DNA of 64,000 nucleotides from Candidatus Acidiferrum sp. (GTDB lineage: Bacteria; Bacillota; Clostridia; Oscillospirales; Feifaniaceae), in the NCBI GenBank assembly GCA_035560415.1, contig DATMZG010000117.1:4887-68886 (forward strand), written 5' to 3'. The notes beneath the pieces are model-generated. The model worked only from the letters and a program-made list of their open reading frames with translations, made no database searches and had not been told where the DNA came from. Position 1 is the first letter of the stretch. Each line of letters opens with the position of its first letter. Positions 54,838 to 63,324 of this stretch are shown piece by piece. The translations under genes were made by a program, and so were the position numbers.

Positions 54838-55446
54838 CTACCGCACAAAGCTCAAAAAAGCAATGGCAAGCCCGATGATGCGCACGTCGCTCAAGGCCTC
54901 CCGCTCAAAGACAAGGCTCTCGTACATCGGGTTTTCGGGCTGGAGCACGAGCTTGCCCGGGAATTTGCGCACCCGCTTCAAAGTGGCCTCGTCCTCAATG
55001 AGGACGGCCGCAATCTGCCCGTCCGCAACGTCGGGCTGGGCGCGCAGATAGACGATGTCGCCGTCGAAAATGCGGGCGTTGATCATGGAGTCGCCGCGGC
55101 AGCGCAGCGCAAAGTCGGCCCGCACCCCCTCGGCCGAGTGGACGTATTCCTCAATGTTGGGCTCGGCCAAAATGGGCTCGCCGCAGGCGATGACCCCTAG
55201 AAGCGGCACCGAGGCCGCCTCCGACTGGTACTGCGGGCCAAACCGCATGTAGTCGATGCTGACGCCGAAATACAGGGCCAGCGCCTCCTCGGTCTTAAAG
55301 TCCGGCTCCCTGTTGCCGAGCTCGTACATGCTGATGGCGCTCTTGGAGATGCCCACCTCGTCGGCAAGCCCTTTCTGTGTCAGCCCCTGCCCCTTGCGCA
55401 GGTCGCGCAGAATTTTCGCAAACTTGGACACGTCCGTCACCCCCAT
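54838..55446 (-). CDS. XRE-family HTH plus S24 peptidase repressor (LexA/CI-like autocleavable)
   Basis: 202 aa. 'LTQKGLADEVGISKSAISMYELGNREP' HTH. Candidate cleavage site 'IACGEP'. Ser/Lys dyad context 'GDSM' ... 'LKRV'. Confidence 0.85.
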   Translation of the reverse strand: MGVTDVSKFAKILRDLRKGQGLTQKGLADEVGISKSAISMYELGNREPDFKTEEALALYFGVSIDYMRFGPQYQSEAASVPLLGVIACGEPILAEPNIEEYVHSAEGVRADFALRCRGDSMINARIFDGDIVYLRAQPDVADGQIAAVLIEDEATLKRVRKFPGKLVLQPENPMYESLVFEREALSDVRIIGLAIAFLSFVR

Positions 55447-55611
55447 ATGCCCATTATATCACGTCTTGTGACAACTTCAAGACGCAACTTCACGCTTTGT
55501 GTGAATATTGACCCGCCGTACAAAGAGGACGCCGGCCCTCTGTTTTTCATACACTGGTAACATGTAACGGCTTTTTAAAATAAAGGCGCTGCCCGGACGG
55601 GAGGGAAAAAC

Positions 55612-55764
55612 ATGACCGAAGTGACGGTGCGCATCGGCAGCGACCGGGTGATTCTCGGCCGTATCATCGACGGCATCACCTATGTGCCGCTGCGGGACGT
55701 GGTGGCGGCCATCCAGCCCCGGGTCGTCTGGACGCCGGAGGAGGGAGCCGGAGTTATCCTGTGA
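55612..55764 (+). CDS. 50-aa protein resembling a single copper-amine-oxidase N-terminal ('stalk') repeat
   Basis: Not in the track (<60 aa). ATG 55612 behind RBS GGGAGGG; TGA at 55762-55764; a terminator follows immediately. MTEVTVRIGSDRVILGRIIDGITYVPLRDVVAAIQPRVVWTPEEGAGVIL, where 'G.TYVPLR.V..A....V.W' matches that repeat as I recall it. Confidence 0.5.
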   Translation: MTEVTVRIGSDRVILGRIIDGITYVPLRDVVAAIQPRVVWTPEEGAGVIL

Positions 55765-55765
55765 C

Positions 55766-55802
55766 AAAAAGAGCCCCCCGGCGAAGCCGGGGGGCTCTTT
55801 TT
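55766..55802. terminator. bidirectional rho-independent terminator
   Basis: 'AAAAAGAGCCCCCCGGC GAA GCCGGGGGGCTCTTTTT'. Confidence 0.78.
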
Positions 55803-56235
55803 ACTTTGACGCAATGACGTCAATCTCAACGTCGAGCCCGTCGTAGAGCTGCACGCCGGAGACGCAGAGCCTCGCGGGGTAATCCCCCGTAAAATACTTC
55901 CGGTAGACCTCGTTCATCTCGGAAAAATATTTCCGGTCGGACAGATGGACCGTGCACTTGATGATTTTGTCCATGCAACTGCCGACCTCTTCTAAGGTAT
56001 TTTTGATGATGTCCATGACGATAGCAGTCTGCTCGGCGACCGAGCCCCGGACGACTTCGCCGGTGTTCATGTCGACCGCGACCTGCCCCGAGATGAAGAG
56101 CAGGTCGCAGTAGCCGATGACCTGAGAGTAGGGGCCGACCGACTCCGGAATGCTCTTTGCGTGGATGACTTCCTTTTTCACGAGTGTTCCTCCGTGCAGC
56201 TTGTCGCTGCGCTCAATATGTATTTCAGCGGCCAT
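55801..56235 (-). CDS. ridA: RidA-family reactive enamine/imine deaminase
   Basis: 144 aa from ATG 56235 (a shorter start is possible). 'PESVGPYSQVI....LLFISGQV', 'PARLCVSGVQL..GLDVEIDVIA'. Confidence 0.85.
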   Translation of the reverse strand: MAAEIHIERSDKLHGGTLVKKEVIHAKSIPESVGPYSQVIGYCDLLFISGQVAVDMNTGEVVRGSVAEQTAIVMDIIKNTLEEVGSCMDKIIKCTVHLSDRKYFSEMNEVYRKYFTGDYPARLCVSGVQLYDGLDVEIDVIASK

Positions 56236-56239
56236 CGCC

Positions 56240-57862
56240 TTACGCTTTATAGACCGCCTCGCCCGCCAGATAGGTCGTATCGACCGTAATTTTGCCCAGG
56301 TCCTCGTCTGGCACCGCAAGGTAATCCTGGTTTAAGACGACCATGTCGGCATATTTGCCGGCCTTCATGGAGCCTGCGATGTCCTCGTCAAAGAGCATTT
56401 TCGCGGCGTTTACGGTGTAGGCCTTCAGGGCCTGCATGCGGTCAATGTGCTGCGCCGTGCCGAAGCTCTTGCCGCCCTGGGTCTTGCGGCAGACCATGGA
56501 GTAGATGCCGAGCATGGGGTTGATGTCACAGACGGGGCAGTCGTTGTTGCAGGCGAAGACCATGCCGCGGTCCACATACTCCTTATTCGGGAAGGCCCAC
56601 TGCACGCGCTCCGGGCCCATCACGTTGTAGTGGGAGTCGCCCAAGGCGTAAATGAAGCCGGCCGAAGTGCCGACAAGGATGCCGTACTTTTTCATGCGCT
56701 CAATCTGGTCCACGGTGGGGGACTCGACATGCTCAAAGCGAAAGCGCAGCGGCGCGACGTCGACGCCGTGGGCGAGGCAATACTCGACGCCCTTCAGGGC
56801 CTGCTCAATGGCCACGTCGCCGATGGCGTGGAGGCTCGCCTGCATGCCGCCCTGCGCTGTCAGCAGCATGTCGGCACAGAGCTCGCCCTGGTCGTTGTAG
56901 AGGGTGCCGAAGTTGTCGGGCTCGCCGACATACGGGACCGAGAAGGCCGCCGTCTTGCCGCCGGTGCTCCCGTCCAAAAGATACTTCATACCGGCAAACC
57001 GCAGCGTGTCGTTGCCAAAGCCGCTCATGAGCCCGACTTTGACAGTCTCGGCCAAAGTCGCCGGGCAGTTGACATTGCTGCGGGCAAAGGTGTAAAACCG
57101 GATTCGCATTTTGAGCCGGCCCTGTTTTTGCAGCTGCTGATAAATTCTCACAAACCGGGCCTCGGCCGCCATTTCGGTCGTGGTCGTGATGCCCTTGCGG
57201 AAAATCTCGTCTTGGATGTCGGTGGCGATGAGCTCCATGATCTGCTCGTCGGTGGGTTTGGGGAAGGGAATCCAGTGCTGCACGGCGCCCGAGATGACGC
57301 CGGTCGGCTCGCCCTTATCATCCTTGAAAATTTTCCCGCCGACGGGCGGCACCGCGTCCGCAGTAATCCCGCAGAGCCTCATGGCTAGCGTGTTGACGGC
57401 CCCCACATGGCCGCAGGTCCGCTTGATGAAGACGGGGTTGTTGGGCGAGACGGTGTCGAGGTCCGCGGCCGTGACGGGGAGCGCACCCTCCTTGAATTTC
57501 GCCTCGTCCCAGCCCCAGCCAAAGAGCCATGTCCCTTTGGGAGTCTTGGCCGCGGCCGCGGCCACTTTTTTAAGTACGTTTTCTTTGGAGCTGGTGGCCT
57601 CTCCGGACAGGTTGATGGTGGCGCACTGGTCGCCGTAATAGCAGGGGTGGGCGTGGCTCTCAATGAGCCCGGGAATGACGGTCTTGCCCCCGAGGTCCAC
57701 AATCTCGGTGCCCTCCACAGCATACTTCATGGCCTCTTCCAGGCTTCCGACCGACAAAAACCGCCCGCCGCCGACGGCGACGGCCTGCGCAATCGGCGCA
57801 TCCTCCTCCATTGTGATGAATTTCCCGCCCGTAAAAACGGTGTCGGCTCTCGGTGGTAACAT
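56240..57862 (-). CDS. amidohydrolase-family (Amidohydro_3 / YtcJ-like) metal-dependent hydrolase
   Basis: 540 aa. 'VIPGLIESHAHP', 'ASLHAIGD', 'FEHVE', 'NNDCPV'. Confidence 0.85.
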   Translation of the reverse strand: MLPPRADTVFTGGKFITMEEDAPIAQAVAVGGGRFLSVGSLEEAMKYAVEGTEIVDLGGKTVIPGLIESHAHPCYYGDQCATINLSGEATSSKENVLKKVAAAAAKTPKGTWLFGWGWDEAKFKEGALPVTAADLDTVSPNNPVFIKRTCGHVGAVNTLAMRLCGITADAVPPVGGKIFKDDKGEPTGVISGAVQHWIPFPKPTDEQIMELIATDIQDEIFRKGITTTTEMAAEARFVRIYQQLQKQGRLKMRIRFYTFARSNVNCPATLAETVKVGLMSGFGNDTLRFAGMKYLLDGSTGGKTAAFSVPYVGEPDNFGTLYNDQGELCADMLLTAQGGMQASLHAIGDVAIEQALKGVEYCLAHGVDVAPLRFRFEHVESPTVDQIERMKKYGILVGTSAGFIYALGDSHYNVMGPERVQWAFPNKEYVDRGMVFACNNDCPVCDINPMLGIYSMVCRKTQGGKSFGTAQHIDRMQALKAYTVNAAKMLFDEDIAGSMKAGKYADMVVLNQDYLAVPDEDLGKITVDTTYLAGEAVYKA

Positions 57863-57910
57863 ATGTTTTTCAACTCCTTTCGCTCAGGTGCTGCCGCATG
57901 GAAAAAGCGG

Positions 57911-58402
57911 CTACTTCACTTTTGAGATTCTGATTTTGCAGGTCGGGCAGCCGGTCGTGATGGTGTCGGTCAGCTCAAACTTGAAGGCGGGATGGGTGCT
58001 CATCACGCCGCGGTCGCCGTCCATCGCAATGTCGCACAGGTGCCGGATTTTCTCCTCGTCATCCGTCATTTTCTGCCACGCGGCCACGAGCGGGCAATAG
58101 TGGAAGTCGAGTTTGACCTCGTCCTCGGATTTTTCCATCTCAACTTCAAGCACCTTTTGAATGGTCTCAGGCAAAAAAGCGTCGCAAAAGGCCAGAAGGT
58201 CGTCGCCTGTCGGATATTTTGTGTTGCCGTGCATCACGCCGCAGCTGAAAATGGCCTCGCGGCCGGCCTCGTCCAGATCGATGCCGTGTTTTTCAAGCTG
58301 CTCGCACAGAAGATAAAACCACTGGGCCCGGTGCTCAAAAGCGGCCCGGAGGGTGTTGACTTCCTTGTCATCCAGATATTTCGAAGGGGCGTTGTGAATC
58401 AT
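57911..58402 (-). CDS. L-2-amino-thiazoline-4-carboxylate (ATC) hydrolase-like small protein
   Basis: 163 aa from ATG 58402 (RBS GGGAGG). 'DFHYCPLVAAWQK....CDIAMDGDRG....F.......I..GCPTC' resembles the ATC_hydrolase family as I recall it. Confidence 0.5.
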   Translation of the reverse strand: MIHNAPSKYLDDKEVNTLRAAFEHRAQWFYLLCEQLEKHGIDLDEAGREAIFSCGVMHGNTKYPTGDDLLAFCDAFLPETIQKVLEVEMEKSEDEVKLDFHYCPLVAAWQKMTDDEEKIRHLCDIAMDGDRGVMSTHPAFKFELTDTITTGCPTCKIRISKVK

Positions 58403-58523
58403 TTTGTTTTCCTCCCGATTTGTTTGTTTCGAATGGCCTCCTGTCATACTCGGTTGAATTCACTGTGCCGGTACACGCCCTTTTGGCCATCCATACCACC
58501 CCCTTAAAAATCCGGTGTTTATT

Positions 58524-59813
58524 TTACTCTCCCCGCCGCTGGTTGCGGGAGCGTTCAATGAGCTTCACAATGACGCGGTCGGTCTCGGTCATGCCGGGGT
58601 TATTGAGCTGGCCCAGGTTGTAGAAGGTGTCCTCAATCGTGTTGCCGATGATGCCGACACCGGCCGGCAGCCCTACGCCCTCCGCCGCCAGATAGGCGAA
58701 CTGCACGGCCGTCATGGCGGCGGTGCTCAGCTTTAAAGCGCAGGACTCCTTGGCCCCGTCGCAAAACATGCCGCCCAGCGTCCCGATTAAGGACTGCATG
58801 GCCAAGACCCCCTGCTCAAAGGAGCCCCCCAGCAGATACACGGTCGCCGCGGCGACGCCTGCCGAGGCCGCAATGGAGCAGCCGCAAAAGGCCGTCATGC
58901 GCTTGACATAGCCCTTTATGTAGACTGTGACCGTCGAGCTGATACAGAGCGCGCGGGCGGCGGTCGTCTCATCGGCCCCGAGCTCGTCCGCAACCACCTT
59001 GACCCCGATGAAGTTCGTGATGCCGTGGTTGCCGCTTCCGGCAATGGCCATGATCGGCACGATCAGCCCCTGCATGCGGGCTTCGCCGGCCGCCGCCGTC
59101 ATGGCTCTGGCCTTTGCCGATATGCGGTTGCTTTCGGTCGGGGAATTGTCGTCAAGCGCCGCAAGGGACCTTCCGAGCCGCAGCGTATCGTCTGAAAGCC
59201 CGGTCCTTGCGGCCGCCAGATTGACCTGCGCAAAGTCGAGCAAAAAGTGAAGCTCGTCAAGTTCCATCGTCAGAATGCAGTCGTACAGCGCTTTTAAACC
59301 GTAGGTCAAAAAGAGGTCCTTACTCTCATCCGGCTTTGCAAAGTCCTTGTCGGCGAGGGTCACCCCGTCTTTTTCAATGTGGATGATGTTGGAGTAGTCG
59401 GCTGCAATGTCGACAATGGCCTCATGGCCGCCGCCCGTGACTGCGGCATGCACAAAGAGCGGGTCTGGAAAGTCGGCGTAGGAGACCGTCACCCCGCCCG
59501 CCGCAAGAAAAGCCTCGGCCTTTGCGAGAATTTCGGGCGTCACATAGTCGAGCACCGCGAGGCCCTCCTCGCTCTTGTCAATCAGACAGCCGAGCGCCGC
59601 CGCAATGTCGAGCCCCCGCCTGCCGGTACCGGGCACGCCGACGCTCACGCCGTTTTTATAGAGGTTTGGGCTCACGGTCACGGCCACTTTTTCGGGAGTG
59701 GCGCCGAGCTCCCCCGCCGCCCGGGAGACGGCCAGCGTCACTGAACCGGGGTCGGTGCAGCCGGTGGACTTTTCAATCTCGCGCTTTAATACGCTCAGAA
59801 TCAGTTCTTTCAT
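58524..59813 (-). CDS. UPF0597 / L-cysteine desulfidase-like (serine-dehydratase-alpha fold) protein
   Basis: 429 aa from ATG 59813 (RBS GGAGG). 'EIEKSTGCTDPGSVTLA' N-terminus, 'AIAGSGNHG', 'GMFCDGAKESCALK'. Confidence 0.8.
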   Translation of the reverse strand: MKELILSVLKREIEKSTGCTDPGSVTLAVSRAAGELGATPEKVAVTVSPNLYKNGVSVGVPGTGRRGLDIAAALGCLIDKSEEGLAVLDYVTPEILAKAEAFLAAGGVTVSYADFPDPLFVHAAVTGGGHEAIVDIAADYSNIIHIEKDGVTLADKDFAKPDESKDLFLTYGLKALYDCILTMELDELHFLLDFAQVNLAAARTGLSDDTLRLGRSLAALDDNSPTESNRISAKARAMTAAAGEARMQGLIVPIMAIAGSGNHGITNFIGVKVVADELGADETTAARALCISSTVTVYIKGYVKRMTAFCGCSIAASAGVAAATVYLLGGSFEQGVLAMQSLIGTLGGMFCDGAKESCALKLSTAAMTAVQFAYLAAEGVGLPAGVGIIGNTIEDTFYNLGQLNNPGMTETDRVIVKLIERSRNQRRGE

Positions 59814-59850
59814 ACCGTCCTCCGCATGTCGTCTGAATAATATTACCAGC

Positions 59851-59879
59851 ATTTTAGCACAGTTTTTGCGGACTGTAAA
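59851..59879 (-). promoter_or_regulatory. candidate sigma-A promoter for the cysteine-desulfidase-like operon
   Basis: Minus strand TTTACA (59879-59874), 17 nt, TAAAAT (59856-59851), with TGC immediately upstream of the -10. Confidence 0.5.
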
Positions 59880-59947
59880 CAAGAGAAAGCGGGTGCCGCA
59901 TCACTTTGGGGCACGGGCAGAGCGCATGTGTGCGGTAAAGCATAGGA

Positions 59948-59975
59948 CAAAAAAGCGGCACTTTTCAGTGCCGCT
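59948..59975 (-). terminator. rho-independent terminator after the FMN-binding lipoprotein gene
   Basis: The minus strand reads 'AGCGGCAC TGAAAA GTGCCGCT TTTTT'. Confidence 0.65.
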
Positions 59976-60071
59976 TCCGCTATTCGACGGGCTCGCCCCG
60001 GGCTTTTAGCCCGGTTTCTGTCCTGCCATATTCTATGTACCGGCCGCCGTGTCGGCGGTCGTTGCGGGGGC

Positions 60072-60419
60072 CTATTGGCCCTTGGCCTCGGCGATGCAGG
60101 CTTTGGCGGCCTCAATGACGGCGTTGCTGGTGAAGGTTGCGCCCGCTACGGTGTCGACTTCGGCCGACTGTTTTTCGACAATCTTGGCGGGCAGCTCATC
60201 GATGGCCTTGGAGCCGACGCCGGCGGTCTCGGAGGCGCCGGTGGCCTCGACCGATGTGATTTTGTCGGCGTCGAAGACCATTTTCACGGTCACATCTCCA
60301 CCATACCCGTCTGCGGTGGCCTCATAGGTGCCGGCAGTGTATGCGGGCTCGGTGGTTGTGCAGGCGGCAAGGCCAAAACAGAGCGCCAGCGCCAGCATCA
60401 GGGACAGGGTTTTCTTCAT
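60072..60419 (-). CDS. FMN-binding-domain lipoprotein
   Basis: 115 aa. Lipobox 'FGLAAC' after the signal peptide. 'VDTVAGATFTS' fits the Dxx(s/t)GAT flavinylation motif of FMN_bind domains. RBS GAGGAGG. Confidence 0.8.
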   Translation of the reverse strand: MKKTLSLMLALALCFGLAACTTTEPAYTAGTYEATADGYGGDVTVKMVFDADKITSVEATGASETAGVGSKAIDELPAKIVEKQSAEVDTVAGATFTSNAVIEAAKACIAEAKGQ

Positions 60420-60539
60420 AGGTTTTCCTCCTCTTTTGTCTTTGCGTCAAATTGCTGTAACATCATTACACTGCAAGTAGTATGGCCTGCCAAGCATTGG
60501 TTTATGATGACAAGTTGAGTTTTCACGGGGGATACGCGT

Positions 60540-60568
60540 AAAAAGAACCCCGCCGCAGGCGGGGTTCT
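60540..60568 (-). terminator. rho-independent terminator after the threonine dehydratase gene
   Basis: The minus strand reads 'AGAACCCCGCC TGC GGCGGGGTTCT TTTT'. Confidence 0.7.
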
Positions 60569-60623
60569 ATCCTCCGTTGTGATGACCTGTGCCGGCAGTC
60601 TGACTCCACAGGACCTGCCGCCT

Positions 60624-61562
60624 CTATTCGGTCAAAATGGCGGCAAGCAGACCGCCGTCTATGTTGCCACCCGAGATGACAATGGCGACGTTTTTACCTT
60701 CGAAGAGGGCAATATTTTGGTCATAGGCCGCAACGCCGACGGCGCCGGCCCCCTCGGCCACGACGTGGTCGCCCAGCACCAGGGAGCGCACCGCGGCCCG
60801 GATGTCGGCCTCTTCCACGACGAGCACGTCGTCGATGACATCCCGCATGGCAAAGGGGATTTCGCCGACCCCGCCCACTAAAGCGTCGCAGACCGTGTCG
60901 CCCACGGTGTCGTATTCGAGGTGACAGACGTTATCCCGGATGGAGGCCGCCATGGCGGGGCAGGCGGCCGTCTGCACGCCGATGACTTTGATATCGGGAC
61001 TCAGCCGCTTTGCGGCGACCGCAATTCCGGTGACAAGCCCGCCGCCGCCGATTGGGACCAGAATGACGTCGACTTTGGGCCAGTCCTCGCAGATTTCGAG
61101 CCCTATGGTGCCCTGCCCCGCAATGACCTCAAGGTCGGAGCAGGGGTCGATCATGGTCATGCCGCTCTCTTTGGCGGCGGCCTCGGCAATGGCGTGGCAG
61201 GCGTCGTAGGAGTCGCCCACCCGCACGACCTCGGCCCCGTATTTCGCGATTTTGTCGGTCTTGGCCTTGGGGGTTGCGGCCGGCACATAGACTTTTGCCT
61301 TTGAGATTCCCTCGAGCCGGGCCGCCAGCGACACGCCGGCCCCGTGGTTGCCGGAGGAGACCGCAATGACGCCGGCCGCGCGCTGCGTGGCCGTCAGCGA
61401 GGAGATTTTTGAGAGCGCCCCTCTGATTTTAAAAGAGCCGAGCGGCTGCCGGCACTCAAGCTTGAGTCTGGCGTCGCGCACCGTCGAGGGCAAAAGCTCA
61501 GTGCGGGCCACCCGGCCGTTAATGCGTTTGCGGGCTGCCAGAATGTCCGAATAAGTGACCAT
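60624..61562 (-). CDS. PLP-dependent threonine/serine ammonia-lyase (no ACT domain)
   Basis: 312 aa from ATG 61562 (RBS AGGAGG). PLP lysine motif 'PLGSFKIRGA', 'SSGNHG', 'GGGGL'. Confidence 0.85.
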   Translation of the reverse strand: MVTYSDILAARKRINGRVARTELLPSTVRDARLKLECRQPLGSFKIRGALSKISSLTATQRAAGVIAVSSGNHGAGVSLAARLEGISKAKVYVPAATPKAKTDKIAKYGAEVVRVGDSYDACHAIAEAAAKESGMTMIDPCSDLEVIAGQGTIGLEICEDWPKVDVILVPIGGGGLVTGIAVAAKRLSPDIKVIGVQTAACPAMAASIRDNVCHLEYDTVGDTVCDALVGGVGEIPFAMRDVIDDVLVVEEADIRAAVRSLVLGDHVVAEGAGAVGVAAYDQNIALFEGKNVAIVISGGNIDGGLLAAILTE

Positions 61563-61649
61563 TGAAAAAACCTCCTGTGATGTTCGCGCATTTGCGCTAT
61601 TACAGGCGGGGAGTATGTACGCGCCGCGGCCGCCTGCGGTCATTATATC

Positions 61650-61678
61650 GTATATCCGCCCCAAAAACAACCATACTA
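61650..61678 (+). promoter_or_regulatory. candidate forespore sigma-G/F-type promoter for spoVA genes
   Basis: GTATA (61650-61654), 17 nt, CATACTA (61672-61678). Matches the G.ATA...CATA.TA consensus as I recall it. Lies 18 nt upstream of the spoVAC ATG. Confidence 0.45.
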
Positions 61679-61695
61679 CCGGCGAGGTGAGGACA

Positions 61696-62148
61696 ATGAA
61701 CGCCATGAACATGGACAAACAACAGTATTCGGCCTATGTGAAAGAGCGCTCCGAAAATTCGCCGCTCGTCAAAGATATGCTGAAAGCGTTTTTCTTTGGC
61801 GGCGCCATCTGCACGGTCGGCCAGGGGGTCTCGGAGCTGTGGCGGCTTGCGGGCATGGACAAGCCGCAGGCGTCCGCCGCCACCTCGGTCACCATGGTTT
61901 TCATCGGCGCCCTGCTGACCGGGCTGTCGCTCTACGACAACCTCGCCAAACACGGCGGGGCCGGCACCATCATCCCCATCACGGGCTTTGCCAACTCCAT
62001 TGTGTCCCCGGCCATGGAGTTCAAAAGCGAGGGGCTGGTGCTCGGCATGGCGGCCAAGATGTTTGTCATCGCGGGGCCGGTGCTGGTCTACGGCATCACG
62101 GCAAGCGTCGTCTACGGAATCATTCTGGCGCTGTTCAGGCTTGTATAA
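61696..62148 (+). CDS. spoVAC: stage V sporulation protein AC
   Basis: 150 aa from ATG 61696. 'AFFFGGAICTVGQ', 'GGAGTIIPITGFANSIVSPAMEFKSEG'. Confidence 0.9.
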   Translation: MNAMNMDKQQYSAYVKERSENSPLVKDMLKAFFFGGAICTVGQGVSELWRLAGMDKPQASAATSVTMVFIGALLTGLSLYDNLAKHGGAGTIIPITGFANSIVSPAMEFKSEGLVLGMAAKMFVIAGPVLVYGITASVVYGIILALFRLV

Positions 62149-62257
62149 CAGGGGCCGCCGGCCCCTTTTTTGTCGGCGAAAGCCCCCGCGGGCGGGTCAT
62201 ATTTTTCGCAAAACGAATAATACTATGACTAAATACACTTTGAAATGGTGGGTGAAC

Positions 62258-63262
62258 ATGGGAAAAAGACAGGGCCAAACGCTCATTTTGAGCGACCCGC
62301 CGTATGTCATGGCGGCGGCGGCGGTCGTCGGTAAAAAAGAGGGGGAGGGCCCGCTTGCGGCCGATTTTGACGTCGTTGAGCAGGACTCCTACTGCGGGCA
62401 GAAGACCTGGGAGAAGGCTGAGAGCACCCTGCAAAAGCGCACGGCCGACATTGCGCTGACCAAGGCCGGCGTCGCCCCCGGCGACGTCGACATTGTGCTG
62501 GCCGGCGACCTGCTCAACCAGTGCACCGCAAGCTGTTTCGGGCTCGTGGAGCTCGGCCGGCCGATGCTGGGGCTTTTCGGGGCCTGTTCCACCGCCGCCG
62601 AGGGGCTTGCCGCCGCAAGCCTGCTCGTGGACGGAGGGTTTGCACAGACGGCCCTGACCATCACCTCCTCGCATTTTTGCACGGCCGAGCGGCAGTTTCG
62701 GCTGCCCCTCTCCTACGGCGGGCAGCGTCCGCCCACCGCCCAGTGGACCGTGACAGGGGCGGCGGCCTTTGTGCTGGGCAAAAAACACGTCGTGCAGGGG
62801 GCTCCGGTGCGCATCAAAGCCTGCGCCGTCGGCGTTCCGGTCGACATGGGCATTGCCGACGTCAACAACATGGGCGCGGCCATGGCGCCGGCCGCCATTG
62901 ACACCCTGAGCGGCTTTTTCACCGACACCGGCACGAATAAAGACCACTTCGACCTCATTGTCACGGGGGATTTAGGCGCCGTGGGACACGCAATCGTCGC
63001 CGAGAAAATGGGGCTTGGCGAAAATTACAACGACTGCGGACTCATGGTCTTCGACCTCAAACAGCAGGACGTCCACGCGGGGGGCTCGGGCTGCGGCTGC
63101 TCGGCCGTCGTCACGGCCGGCCACATTCTGCGCCGCATGCGGGCGGGGGAGCTGAAGTCGGTGCTGCTGGTCGGCACCGGCGCCCTGATGTCCACCACCT
63201 CCTTCCAACAGGGGGAGAACATCATTGGCATCGCCCACCTCGTCTGGCTGTCGGCCGAGTGA
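62258..63262 (+). CDS. spoVAD: stage V sporulation protein AD
   Basis: 334 aa from ATG 62258. 'LAGDLLNQC', 'LFGACST', 'SSHFCTAERQFR.P..YGGQRP', 'NDCGLM', 'GGSGCGCSAVV'. Aligns with B. subtilis SpoVAD from memory. Confidence 0.9.
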   Translation: MGKRQGQTLILSDPPYVMAAAAVVGKKEGEGPLAADFDVVEQDSYCGQKTWEKAESTLQKRTADIALTKAGVAPGDVDIVLAGDLLNQCTASCFGLVELGRPMLGLFGACSTAAEGLAAASLLVDGGFAQTALTITSSHFCTAERQFRLPLSYGGQRPPTAQWTVTGAAAFVLGKKHVVQGAPVRIKACAVGVPVDMGIADVNNMGAAMAPAAIDTLSGFFTDTGTNKDHFDLIVTGDLGAVGHAIVAEKMGLGENYNDCGLMVFDLKQQDVHAGGSGCGCSAVVTAGHILRRMRAGELKSVLLVGTGALMSTTSFQQGENIIGIAHLVWLSAE

Positions 63263-63272
63263 TCAGCAGAAT

Positions 63273-63310
63273 AAAAAACCGCAAAGCCGGACGGCAGCCG
63301 GTTTTGCGGT
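63273..63310. terminator. bidirectional hairpin terminator between spoVAD and the antisense small gene
   Basis: 'AAAAAACCGCAAAGCCGG ACGGCAG CCGGTTTTGCGGT', a 13-bp stem including one G-U pair. Confidence 0.65.
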
Positions 63311-63324
63311 GAGCGGGGAAGAAA

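Noticed and set aside
55447-55611. Canonical Firmicute SOS (LexA/DinR) box near the S24 repressor
   Set aside because: No CGAAC-N4-GTTCG sequence is present. Only the two unrelated palindromes reported in the finding are there.
55477-55767. 96-aa minus-strand ORF overlapping the 50-codon + ORF
   Set aside because: It starts inside the bidirectional terminator, has no RBS and has a junk-like sequence. The + ORF has an RBS, a terminator and a recognisable repeat pattern.
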